NCBI GenBank assembly: GCA_964542195.1
Contig: CAZITL010000006.1
Span: forward strand, 9,327-73,326
Reading direction: 5' to 3'
From: an uncultured Verrucomicrobiales bacterium
GTDB taxonomy: Bacteria; Pseudomonadota; Alphaproteobacteria; Paracaedibacterales; Paracaedibacteraceae
Length of the DNA stretch: 64,000 nt
In this document: in pieces, positions 55,417 through 64,000 of the stretch
Layout: each line of letters opens with the position of its first letter
Position numbering within the stretch: the first letter of the stretch is position 1
Position numbers and translations under genes: made by a program
Notes under the pieces: model-generated
Database searches by the model: none
Told to the model about the DNA's origin: nothing
The model's input: only the letters and a program-made list of their open reading frames with translations

Positions 55417-56182
55417 AAAGGCGAAATATATCAAGCGCCTAGTAGCAACCATTTTAGGATTTGCCCTTTTTGGTTTTGGAGGACTGGCTATTTGTCTGAC
55501 TGTCTTTCCTGTAATTATAATGTTTAGCAAAACCAAAGAAATCAGGCGCAATCGGGTAAGAACCGTTATTCGACATACCTTTAAGATATTTCTAAAATTT
55601 CTTGAAGTTTTAGGTTTGATCAAAGTTAGCGCCCACAACATTGAAACTTTGGATGATTTAAAAGGGTGCCTTGTCATTTGTAACCATCCAAGTCTCATTG
55701 ATGTGGTAATCATTATGGCCCATGTTCAAAATATTCAATGTGTTGTTAAAAAAGAACTTTGGTCCCACCCGATATTAGGAGGCATTGTCCGTGCTGCAGG
55801 ATATATTCGCAATGATATTGCTCCTGAGCTGTTTCTTGAGGATTGCAAAAGCCAACTCAAGCGGGGCGAGAATATTATTATCTTTCCTGAGGGTACCCGC
55901 TCAAAGCCGGGACAACCCATTACGCTTCTCCGTGGCTTAGGAAATCTGGCTCTTGAGGCTTGTGTGGACATTCAATCCTTAACAATGGATTGCTACCCTG
56001 TGTTTTTAAACAAAGGTCAAAAATGGTATAAGATTCCCTCAAAAAAGGCAGTTTTTGACCTTAGAGTTGGAAAGATTTTTCCAATTTCCAACTATCTAGG
56101 TGAAGCTCCACGCTCCATTCGCGTTCGGGCTCTCATGCGGGATATTCAACAGTATTATAATAGGTATTTAGGATATGAGTGA
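55328..56182 (+). CDS. Lysophospholipid (PlsC-family) acyltransferase
   Basis: HX4D motif NHPSLID and FPEGTRS. N-terminal TM segment. Start is uncertain because it overlaps the upstream gene. Confidence 0.8.
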   Translation: MNLLDFLRTMIETPKYQSLEAPSSWKGFVEKAKYIKRLVATILGFALFGFGGLAICLTVFPVIIMFSKTKEIRRNRVRTVIRHTFKIFLKFLEVLGLIKVSAHNIETLDDLKGCLVICNHPSLIDVVIIMAHVQNIQCVVKKELWSHPILGGIVRAAGYIRNDIAPELFLEDCKSQLKRGENIIIFPEGTRSKPGQPITLLRGLGNLALEACVDIQSLTMDCYPVFLNKGQKWYKIPSKKAVFDLRVGKIFPISNYLGEAPRSIRVRALMRDIQQYYNRYLGYE

Positions 56183-56429
56183 TTTAGAAAACGCCATTAA
56201 ACGGTTGATCATCGACAGTTTAAATCTAGAGGACATCACAGAGAACGACATTGCTAGTGAAAGTCCCCTTTTTGGTGAAGGATTGGGGCTTGACTCTATC
56301 GATGCCCTAGAACTCGGCATGGCTCTACAAAAGCGGTTTAACATAAAAATTAAAGTTCAAGACGACGATATTAAACAGTACTTCTATTCCGTTAAAACGC
56401 TTGCTGATTTTGTGACCAGCCAATCTTAA
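56175..56429 (+). CDS. Acyl carrier protein 1
   Basis: 84 aa. Phosphopantetheine attachment motif GLDSIDALEL. Confidence 0.85.
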   Translation: MSDLENAIKRLIIDSLNLEDITENDIASESPLFGEGLGLDSIDALELGMALQKRFNIKIKVQDDDIKQYFYSVKTLADFVTSQS

Positions 56430-56439
56430 GGAGCTTTCT

Positions 56440-56694
56440 ATGACCAAAGATGAAATTTTTGAAAAAATTGCTGCGTATTTAGAAGAGTATTTTGAAGTTC
56501 CCCAATCGGATATTTCTTTAGATTCTAAACTTTACGAAGATTTAAACCTGGATAGCATTGATGCTGTGGATTTGATTGTCAAACTTCAAGAACTTGCGCA
56601 GCAAAAAATTGCACCTACAGAATTTAAACAAGTCCGCACTGTCGGTGATGTCGTTAATAAGGTGTATGACCTTGTTCATCAAAAAACGGCCTAA
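56440..56694 (+). CDS. Acyl carrier protein 2
   Basis: 84 aa. Motif NLDSIDAVDL. Confidence 0.85.
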   Translation: MTKDEIFEKIAAYLEEYFEVPQSDISLDSKLYEDLNLDSIDAVDLIVKLQELAQQKIAPTEFKQVRTVGDVVNKVYDLVHQKTA

Positions 56695-57106
56695 GATCTC
56701 TCGTATTCTGGTTGGGGCGGTATCCATAGCTTACCCTATGGTGGTGTATTTTTACGCCCATCCTACGAGTATTTTATTTCTTTTATACCCGGTTATAGCA
56801 AACTTTGTGGCTGCAGCGATCTTTGCCTATACGCTTTTTTTTCCTCCATCCATGATTGAAAGATTCGCGCGTCTTTATGAACAGTTAGATCAAGATGGTG
56901 TTAATTACACTCGAGTTGTCACCAAAGTTTGGGTAGGATTCTCATTCATCAATGGCCTCATATCCCTAGCGACAGTTATTTATGGAGATAGATATCTCTG
57001 GATGCTTTACAACGGGTACTTTTCTTATCTTTCCATGGGTCTCCTCTTAGTGGGAGAATATTTGGTACGCCAGGTTTATAAACGCAAAAAGAAAGCTGAA
57101 AGATAG
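56666..57106 (+). CDS. Small polytopic membrane protein of the polyene cluster
   Basis: Hydrophobic helices (ILVGAVSIAYPMVVYFYA, VIANFVAAAIFAYTLFF, VWVGFSFINGLISLATVIY). I chose the ATG at 56666 because the track start at 56576 lies deep inside ACP2. Confidence 0.5.
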   Translation: MTLFIKKRPKISRILVGAVSIAYPMVVYFYAHPTSILFLLYPVIANFVAAAIFAYTLFFPPSMIERFARLYEQLDQDGVNYTRVVTKVWVGFSFINGLISLATVIYGDRYLWMLYNGYFSYLSMGLLLVGEYLVRQVYKRKKKAER

Positions 57107-58794
57107 TGATGACTGTACCCTACCTCCCTCTTCAGTTGCTCCTGACCCATCGTACCAATCGAGAATGGCAGTGGATATGGGGATCAAACGACCAATTAGC
57201 CAGTCACTTTCAAGACTGTTGTCTGAATCTGGCCGCTCACCTCAGACACGTCCCAGCGCAGCGGGTCATACTTTTTAATCTGGATCGCCGACACTTTTTG
57301 GCTGGTTTGTTATCTAGTCTTCAAGCTGGAAAAGAGATTTTTATCCCCCATTGTGATGCATCTGGCTTGAGGAATGAACTGGTTCAGCCCGATGATCTCA
57401 TTTTGGACACACTTTACATTGAAGAGCATTCAAAAATATCTGAGCCTTCCTGCAAGGCAGGAGCCCAAGGATCGATCAGTTTATATACATCGGGAACCAC
57501 TGGTATAGCTAAAATTGTCCGTAAAAAAATTTCCCAATTGGACAATGAGATTAGCACCCTTGAAAGTCTCTGGGGAGAATGTATAAAGCAACCCGTGTTT
57601 TTTTCCACAGTGCCCCATCATCATATTTATGGACTGCTCTTCTCATTGCTTTGGCCTGCTTGTGCCGGCTATCGTATCGCTCATGAAACTTTTGCTTTTT
57701 GGGAAACCTTAGAAAATCGATATTGCTCACGAGACTATTTGATCTCAAGCCCAGCCCACTTAAGTCGACTGCCTTACAATCAAGAATCACTCATACCCTT
57801 TGGAAAAATTTTTTCATCCGGTGCACCTTTAGCTTTTAACCATGCAAAGAAAGTGAAAAGATCCTTTGGCTTCTGGCCCATAGAAGTATATGGAAGCACG
57901 GAAACAGGCGGCATTGCTTACCGTGAACAAACTCAAGAACATCAACCTTGGACACCTTTCCCTCATGTGGAAATAACTCAAGGTGAGAACCAACGTTTGC
58001 GGATTGTCTCCCCTCATTTGCCTGATGATCAACCTTTTGAAACGGAAGATCAAATTTCCCTGGTTCATCCTGCCCAATTTCATTTATTGGGTCGAACCGA
58101 TCGCATCGTAAAAGTTGAAGGAAAACGTGTTTCTTTAACTGAAATTGAGAATCGCGCTCTGGATACGCACTACATTCAAGAAGCTATCGCCATTCTTTTG
58201 GCTTCCTCCCATCGTAATGAAATTGGGGTTGTTGCATGCTTAAATTCCCATGGTCAAGACCAACTGCGTGCTTTGGGAAAGAATGATTTAGTTCGCCACC
58301 TTCGTCAATGCATGGCTCCTTACCTTGATCAGGTTGCTTTGCCGAGAAGATGGAGATTTGTGGACTCTATTCCGGTGGATAATCGCGGCAAAAGACCTCT
58401 TGCACTTATGAAGGAATTATTTGAAATGACTGATTCAACTGATCAAAAAAACTCTATTTTTCCTGAAGTCATTTCAAGTACGCAGAGTGGACAAACCGCA
58501 GAATTGGTTCTTAGAATTCCCGCAACCCTTTCATATTTAAAAGGTCACTTTCCAGGACTCCCCATCGTCCCAGGTGTGGTGCAACTACATTGGGCCGTGG
58601 CCTATGCTAAAGACTTTTTTGACCTTTCTGGCATCGTCTTAGGGGGTAGTCAAATCAAATTTAGCCAACTGATGCAGCCGGATCACGACGTTCAACTGAT
58701 TTTGGAGCATTCGCCTGAGCTCCAATTGGTTGTCTATCGTTACATGAACGCGGACACTTGCTATTCTTCAGGACGTTTTACCTATGCCGTATAA
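57106..58794 (+). CDS. AMP-dependent synthetase/ligase fused to a C-terminal hotdog (FabA/FabZ-like) dehydratase domain
   Basis: LYTSGTTGIAKIV and YGSTETGG (adenylation core). C-terminal LKGHFPGLPIVPGVVQLHW. Confidence 0.8.
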   Translation: MMTVPYLPLQLLLTHRTNREWQWIWGSNDQLASHFQDCCLNLAAHLRHVPAQRVILFNLDRRHFLAGLLSSLQAGKEIFIPHCDASGLRNELVQPDDLILDTLYIEEHSKISEPSCKAGAQGSISLYTSGTTGIAKIVRKKISQLDNEISTLESLWGECIKQPVFFSTVPHHHIYGLLFSLLWPACAGYRIAHETFAFWETLENRYCSRDYLISSPAHLSRLPYNQESLIPFGKIFSSGAPLAFNHAKKVKRSFGFWPIEVYGSTETGGIAYREQTQEHQPWTPFPHVEITQGENQRLRIVSPHLPDDQPFETEDQISLVHPAQFHLLGRTDRIVKVEGKRVSLTEIENRALDTHYIQEAIAILLASSHRNEIGVVACLNSHGQDQLRALGKNDLVRHLRQCMAPYLDQVALPRRWRFVDSIPVDNRGKRPLALMKELFEMTDSTDQKNSIFPEVISSTQSGQTAELVLRIPATLSYLKGHFPGLPIVPGVVQLHWAVAYAKDFFDLSGIVLGGSQIKFSQLMQPDHDVQLILEHSPELQLVVYRYMNADTCYSSGRFTYAV

Positions 58795-60478
58795 GATTTG
58801 TGCGCTGATACCCACCCATAACCATTATCTAGCTTTAGAGGCCATGATTTTGCGCCTCAAGCAAGAGAATTTGGACATTCTGATTGTGGATGATGGCAGC
58901 AACCATAAAACCAAACAGGCCGTCCAGACGTTAAGCCTTAATTATCCTGACATTCATCTCTTGACCTTTGAGATGAATGAAGGAAAGGGAAAGGCTATTT
59001 ATGAAGGCTTGATATGGGCGAAAGAAAATGGGTATACCCATGTTTTCCAAATCGATGCTGATGGTCAACACTCCTTAGACGCCGTTGAACCGTGCATGAT
59101 TTTGTCTAAACGCAACCCACAAGCCTTGATTAGCGGTCAACCCATTTATGACCAAAGTATGCCGACTTCTAGGCGCATTGGCCGTTGGTTCACCCATGTG
59201 TGGGTATGGGTCGAGACACTGTCTTTTCGGATCACAGATAGTATGTGTGGATTTCGGATCTATCCAGTTTGTGAAACCATACGAATCATCGAAGAATTCA
59301 GGCCAGGGCGGCGCATGGATTTTGATACTGAAGTCATGGTTCGCTTGTTTTGGACTGGAACACCTGTAATTATGAGCCCGGTTAAAGTTACTTATCCTGA
59401 GGGCAACCTTTCGAATTTTGATGTGCTGAGAGACAATTGGCGCTTGACCAAAATGCATACCAAATTGGTATTCTGGATGCTCGCTCATCTGGTTAGCATC
59501 GTTAAAAAACGTCCTGATTATCAATGCCTTGATCTTCCAGAACAGGCCATTCACTGGGCTTCTATGAAAGAACGAGCTCCCTTGTTGGGATTATTTTTCT
59601 TGGCTTTTTGCTACTCTATGCTGGGCAAAAGGTTCTGTACTCTTATTGGTACACCAATTGTTTTTTATTATTACCTTGTGAATAAATCCCAAAGGCAGGC
59701 TTCCAAAAATTTTTTAAAACGGGCATTGCTTTTAAGAAATCTGGGAGAAACACCCAAACCTTTTAAACACTTTATGGCTTTTTTTGAGATGGCCTTGGAT
59801 AAATTTGCCGCTTGGACCGGTAAGATGAAGTGGGATCAAGTGGAATGCGCAGGTCCCATCAGCTTTGATGAGATCATGAATAAAGGTCAAGGATGTATGC
59901 TTCTGGTCAGCCATTTAGGTAATATGGAATTTTGCCGAGCTGCAGCTTCTCTTGATCATCAAAAGCAACTACACGTTTTATTACATAGTAAAAATGCCCA
60001 GCGCTATCAACAGCTCCTGCGCGCCTTTACTCCCCTTACAACCACAAATATTCTTGAAGTAACAGAAATAGGCCCCGATACCCTGATTTACCTCAAAGAT
60101 CGGATTGCTCAAGGCGAGTGTGTGGTCATGGCTGGGGATCGCATTCCGATTCGGCAGAAAGGAAGAGTCAGCTTTTTACCTTTTATGGGGAAAGAAGCTC
60201 CCTTTGCTCAAGGCCCCTATATTTTAGCCTCCCTTTTGGAGTGTCCGGTATACATGGCGGTAGCCATTAGAGAAAAAACGAGTATCAAAGTGTTTATTGA
60301 CCTACTGGCTAAAAAAATTGTGCTGGAAAGAAGCCATAAAACAGATCAAATCAACAATTATATAAGTTTATTTGCACAATACTTGGAAATGTACGCCATT
60401 AAATATCCATATCAATGGTTTAATTTCTTCGACTTTTGGAAAAAGCCTTCCTATATAAATAACGACAAAAATAATTAG
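58784..60478 (+). CDS. Family-2 glycosyltransferase fused to an LpxL/HtrB-like lipid acyltransferase domain
   Basis: ALIPTHNH, ILIVDDGS and QIDADGQH in the N-terminal half. LVSHLGNMEF (H.GN.E motif of late lipid A acyltransferases) in the C-terminal half. Confidence 0.8.
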   Translation: MPYKICALIPTHNHYLALEAMILRLKQENLDILIVDDGSNHKTKQAVQTLSLNYPDIHLLTFEMNEGKGKAIYEGLIWAKENGYTHVFQIDADGQHSLDAVEPCMILSKRNPQALISGQPIYDQSMPTSRRIGRWFTHVWVWVETLSFRITDSMCGFRIYPVCETIRIIEEFRPGRRMDFDTEVMVRLFWTGTPVIMSPVKVTYPEGNLSNFDVLRDNWRLTKMHTKLVFWMLAHLVSIVKKRPDYQCLDLPEQAIHWASMKERAPLLGLFFLAFCYSMLGKRFCTLIGTPIVFYYYLVNKSQRQASKNFLKRALLLRNLGETPKPFKHFMAFFEMALDKFAAWTGKMKWDQVECAGPISFDEIMNKGQGCMLLVSHLGNMEFCRAAASLDHQKQLHVLLHSKNAQRYQQLLRAFTPLTTTNILEVTEIGPDTLIYLKDRIAQGECVVMAGDRIPIRQKGRVSFLPFMGKEAPFAQGPYILASLLECPVYMAVAIREKTSIKVFIDLLAKKIVLERSHKTDQINNYISLFAQYLEMYAIKYPYQWFNFFDFWKKPSYINNDKNN

Positions 60479-60486
60479 GAATTGTT

Positions 60487-62043
60487 ATGCGTCAGAATTT
60501 AGGATCACCTATTACCATAAATGCGTCCTCTCACCTTTCCATCGAAGAGATTGATGCGATTTCTCGAAGAGACGCCTCCTTGCACCTATCTAAGGATGCT
60601 GCCTTTCGCCAACTGATTCATCAAGGAGCAGAATTCCTACATACCCTATTGGATCAAGAAGGATGCATCTATGGGGTGACCACTGGTTATGGAGATAATT
60701 GTGAACGTCCTGTTCCCTTAGATCTGGTGGAAGAGCTTCCTCTCCACTTATCCAGATTTCATGGGTGTGGTTTAGGGGACACTTTGACATTGGCTCAAAC
60801 ACGCATGGTCTTAGCCATCCGTCTTAATAGCCTTGCTCGCGGTTATTCAGGTGTCACTTTAGAATTATTAGAACGCTTAGAGGCTTTGCTTCATCAAGAT
60901 ATCCTCCCCGTCATCCCGAGTGAAGGATCCGTGGGAGCGAGTGGAGATCTCACACCTTTATCTTACATTGCTGCTGTTGTCGTTGGTGAAAGAGAAGTTT
61001 GGTATCAAGGCCAACGACGAGCAACTGCACAAGTGTATGAGCAGTTAGGGATTACTCCCTATAAACTACGACCTAAAGAAGCTTTAGCCCTCATGAACGG
61101 CACATCAGTTATGACAGCACTGGCCGTAGAGGCCTTTTGTCGTGCGGAGTACCTGAGTCGATTGACCACTCGTTTAACATCCTTAACTTCCCTTGCACTT
61201 AAAGGGAATCCCCATCATTATGATGAGCAGCTTTTTGCAGCTAAACCTCACCCTGGTCAAGGACGTGTGGCAGCACGCATTCGCTCGGATCTTGAAAATG
61301 TACCAGAATATTTTCCAGAAGGGCGTTTGCAGGATCGTTATTCGACACGGTGTGCACCCCATATCATTGGCGTATTAGAAGATATGCTTCCCACCTTTAA
61401 ATCTATTATTGAGATTGAGATTAATTCAGCCAATGATAATCCCCTTATTCACGAGGGAAGAATTCTTCATGGGGGCCACTTCTATGGCGGTCATATTGCA
61501 TTTGTTATGGATAGTCTCAAAAACATTGTGGCAAACTTAGCCGATCTCCTTGATCGGCAAATGGCAATCCTTGTGGATCCAAAATTTAATAATGGTTTAC
61601 CCGCAAATTTATCGGGCGTTCAAGGACCACGAGCAGTTATTAATCATGGCTTAAAAGCCTTACAAATTGGAGCCTCAGCTTGGACGGCGGAAGCCCTTAA
61701 AAACACGATGCCCGCCAGTGTTTTTTCGCGCTCCACAGAAAGTCATAATCAAGACAAAGTCAGTATGGGGACCATTGCCGCTCGTGATGCCTTGCGCGTT
61801 TTACAATTAACCGAGCAAGTGGCAGCTGCCCAAATGTTTGCCACATTCCAAGCCTTAAGATTACGAGAAAGAGAAGGAGTTTTAGCGCCAATCAATTATC
61901 CTTCTAACGTGACCAAATTTCTTCAAGAAGCAGGATCGTTTGTTCCCTTTGTCCAAGAAGATGCGGCGCTTGAGGGATACCTTAGAACAGTTGTACATGC
62001 CATTCAACATCGCACCTGGTCCCTGTACGGAGAAGAAGTATGA
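60487..62043 (+). CDS. MIO-dependent aromatic amino acid / histidine ammonia-lyase (HAL/TAL/PAL family)
   Basis: GSVGASGDLTPLS with the Ala-Ser-Gly MIO triad at 60937-60945. Also YGVTTGYG and NSANDNPL. Confidence 0.9.
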   Translation: MRQNLGSPITINASSHLSIEEIDAISRRDASLHLSKDAAFRQLIHQGAEFLHTLLDQEGCIYGVTTGYGDNCERPVPLDLVEELPLHLSRFHGCGLGDTLTLAQTRMVLAIRLNSLARGYSGVTLELLERLEALLHQDILPVIPSEGSVGASGDLTPLSYIAAVVVGEREVWYQGQRRATAQVYEQLGITPYKLRPKEALALMNGTSVMTALAVEAFCRAEYLSRLTTRLTSLTSLALKGNPHHYDEQLFAAKPHPGQGRVAARIRSDLENVPEYFPEGRLQDRYSTRCAPHIIGVLEDMLPTFKSIIEIEINSANDNPLIHEGRILHGGHFYGGHIAFVMDSLKNIVANLADLLDRQMAILVDPKFNNGLPANLSGVQGPRAVINHGLKALQIGASAWTAEALKNTMPASVFSRSTESHNQDKVSMGTIAARDALRVLQLTEQVAAAQMFATFQALRLREREGVLAPINYPSNVTKFLQEAGSFVPFVQEDAALEGYLRTVVHAIQHRTWSLYGEEV

Positions 62044-62459
62044 AAGCTTTAATTACCGCGCAAACCAAAATCAAAATCCACTTCTTTGATGTGGACCCCA
62101 TGAACGTCGTGTGGCATGGGAATTACCCCAGATTTTTCGAAGTGGCTCGCTCATCTTTAATGGATAAGCTGGATTACAATTATGAGGAAATGAAAGCCTC
62201 TGGCTATGTTTGGCCCATTGTTGATATGCGCATCAAATATGTACGTCCAATCTTTTTAAATCAAGCCATCCTTGTGGAAGCAGGGCTAGTAGAATATGAA
62301 AATCGTCTGGTCGTCGATTACCGCATCTATGATGAGCCCACTGGTCAGGTTTTGACCAAGGCGACGACGATACAAGTGGCTGTTAAGGAGGGTCATACGT
62401 CCATGGAATTGGAATGTCCCCAAGTGTTGATCGATCGTGTTTTAGGAGCTCTATCATGA
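62040..62459 (+). CDS. Acyl-CoA/acyl-ACP thioesterase (4HBT/YbgC-like hotdog)
   Basis: FFDVDPMNVVWHGNYPRFFEVAR. The start overlaps the lyase stop (ATGA). Confidence 0.8.
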   Translation: MKALITAQTKIKIHFFDVDPMNVVWHGNYPRFFEVARSSLMDKLDYNYEEMKASGYVWPIVDMRIKYVRPIFLNQAILVEAGLVEYENRLVVDYRIYDEPTGQVLTKATTIQVAVKEGHTSMELECPQVLIDRVLGALS

Positions 62460-63049
62460 AAGTTAGTTTATTGGTGTGGACGTTAAGCGTCGGATCTGTG
62501 TTTGCTGCTCAACCCCTCGATCAAATTTGCCAATCTATGGCTCAGGATGGCATCGTTCATGCTCACTTTACCCAAGAAAAAACCTTGGCTGGGTTGCCTA
62601 AACCTCTCAAATCCACTGGTGAATTTATCTTGTGGAAGAACAAAGGCATTCTATGGCAGACAAAAACACCCTTTGTCCATAAAATTTTACTCTCCCCCAA
62701 GGGTATTTTTCGCTTGGAAGAAGATAAGAAGCTCCCACTTATGAAGGGTCAACACCAGGATCAGTTCATCCTTAATATTTTAACAAAGGTCTTAAGCGGT
62801 GCTTTTTCTGAAATCCATGAATTCCAAGTCGATGTTCTATCCCTTAAAGGGGATAAGCCATGGAAAGTAAGACTAGCCGCTAAAGGCGGAATGGCCAAAT
62901 TTTTATCTTCTATTACCATTGAAGGGGATCAATTTATCCATCATATTACTGTTCTTCGCGCCAATGGTGATCGGGATGAAATCTCCTTAGACCACCACCA
63001 ACTAGAGACATCCTTACCCACCGAGATAAAGAATGTATTCAATGACTAA
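62456..63049 (+). CDS. LolA-like outer-membrane lipoprotein carrier family protein
   Basis: I prefer the ATG at 62456 (MKVSLLVWTLSVGSVFA), which overlaps the thioesterase stop. HFTQEKTLAGLPKPLKSTGEFILWKNKGILWQTKTPF matches the LolA-like pattern seen in polyene clusters. Confidence 0.7.
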   Translation: MKVSLLVWTLSVGSVFAAQPLDQICQSMAQDGIVHAHFTQEKTLAGLPKPLKSTGEFILWKNKGILWQTKTPFVHKILLSPKGIFRLEEDKKLPLMKGQHQDQFILNILTKVLSGAFSEIHEFQVDVLSLKGDKPWKVRLAAKGGMAKFLSSITIEGDQFIHHITVLRANGDRDEISLDHHQLETSLPTEIKNVFND

Positions 63050-64000
63050 GAGGCTCTTATCCCACCATAAACTGGCTGCCTTTGTCTGGGGTCTGATCGT
63101 TCTTGCTCTGGCTGGTTTTAGCTATCGGGGTCTTAGCGTGGAAGAGCGGATTCAGTTTGATATTCTCGCCATGTTACCGTCCAGTCATTCAGCATCCATT
63201 GCTGAGGTGCGCACCCTCATGGACAAATCCAAAATCACCCAACAAAATCTCATTTTTTTCGGTCATCCTGATCCCAAAGAGAGTAAGCAAGCGCTGCATA
63301 AATTTCGTAGACACCTTGCTAGCCATGCTGTGCCTATGAAAGAAAACTCTGTTAAAGCGCTTACAGAAAGTTACCATACGCTGTTTAAGAATTTGTTTCC
63401 GTATCGAGCAAGACTCTTAGCACAAGAAGATCGTCAGCACCTGATTAGCAGAAACCATGATTACCTGCTTCAAACGGCATTAGCTGAAATTGTTGGTCTA
63501 TTTACGCCCGCTAATGTAAAACAGGATCCTTTCTCTTTCTTTAGTCATTATGTTAAAGGAAACCAATTCCCGTCCCCCTTTCAAATAGATAGAGATGGCG
63601 ATGTCTATATTCTCTCTTCAGGAATAACCTGGCATGTCTATACGGGAACTTTAAAAGAATCTGCCTTTTCTATGGATGTACAGGACCTATTGTCTCAAAA
63701 CGTCATCCCCTTCCTTAATGATCTCCAAGCCCAAGGGATTAAAATTCTGAAGATGGGAGGAATTTTTTATGCCACAGCAGGAGCAAACCAAGCACGTCAT
63801 GAAATCTCTCTTATTGGCTTCATTTCCACAGTAGGGATAATTTTAATGATGCTGGTGATTTTTAGATCCTTGCGTCCCCTGGTCTTTGCAACCTTGGTTA
63901 TTGCCACGGCGATTGTTACTGGCTTTGCTGCTTGCCTTGTGATATTTGGTTCGGTTCATATCCTAGCCATTGTTATCGGCTGTACTCTCGTCGGAATCAC
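63042..64000 (+). CDS. MMPL/RND-type exporter (5' part; continues beyond the window)
   Basis: My own translation from the ATG at 63042 stays open to the window end: MTKRLLSHHKLAAFVWGLIVLALAGFSY...GANQARHEISLIGFISTVGIILMMLVIFRSLRPLVFATLVIATAIVTGFAACL. It overlaps the LolA-like stop. Confidence 0.75.
   Translation, partial: MTKRLLSHHKLAAFVWGLIVLALAGFSYRGLSVEERIQFDILAMLPSSHSASIAEVRTLMDKSKITQQNLIFFGHPDPKESKQALHKFRRHLASHAVPMKENSVKALTESYHTLFKNLFPYRARLLAQEDRQHLISRNHDYLLQTALAEIVGLFTPANVKQDPFSFFSHYVKGNQFPSPFQIDRDGDVYILSSGITWHVYTGTLKESAFSMDVQDLLSQNVIPFLNDLQAQGIKILKMGGIFYATAGANQARHEISLIGFISTVGIILMMLVIFRSLRPLVFATLVIATAIVTGFAACLVIFGSVHILAIVIGCTLVGI

Noticed and set aside
56576-56665. Track start of the small membrane protein deep inside ACP2.
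   Set aside because: It would require a 119-nt out-of-frame overlap with a well-supported ACP gene. The ATG at 56666, followed by a basic patch and the first TM helix, is more plausible.
1-64000. Scan for tRNA, rRNA, tmRNA, RNase P and CRISPR arrays.
   Set aside because: I saw no T-loop or acceptor-type motifs, rRNA-like conserved blocks or repeat-spacer arrays. This was a by-eye scan only, so small RNAs cannot be excluded.

Overview
Visibly AT-rich 64-kb chromosomal window from a Gram-negative bacterium. Gene content suggests a host- or amoeba-associated organism, possibly Legionellales-like, but this is inference and cannot be proven from this window alone. I call about 55 protein genes and found no rRNA, tRNA or CRISPR array. 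Housekeeping-type genes: purA-purB, arfB, an alpha-2-macroglobulin/pbpC/P-loop-kinase operon, umuDC, MFS transporters, a LysR regulator and a dienelactone hydrolase. Accessory content: an IS3-family element with a nonsense codon in orfA; an inverted, truncated IS256-family transposase remnant; a small MITE-like element at the break point of a truncated MFS gene; a tripartite hipBST toxin-antitoxin locus with twin palindromic operators; three leucine-rich-repeat proteins, two with F-box-like motifs; a secreted protein with a CheD/CNF1-like Thr-Cys-His pattern; and several orphan secreted proteins and lipoproteins. The right ~10 kb (53.4 kb to the window edge) is a translationally coupled aryl-polyene/flexirubin-type lipid-pigment cluster: PPTase, CLF-like KS, PlsC-type acyltransferase, 2 ACPs, AMP-ligase::dehydratase, GT2::LpxL-like acyltransferase, MIO ammonia-lyase, thioesterase, LolA-like protein and an MMPL exporter. 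The cluster runs off the window. The most unusual window-wide signal is that many normally cytoplasmic enzymes carry Sec- or lipoprotein-type hydrophobic N-terminal leaders. These include PurA, possibly PurB, a SAM methyltransferase, a HAD phosphatase, a PhyH dioxygenase, an Rpn-type nuclease, a cytidylyltransferase and a Lon-like AAA+. The F-box/LRR proteins carry such leaders too. All domain calls are by-eye motif recognition, and no database search was run.
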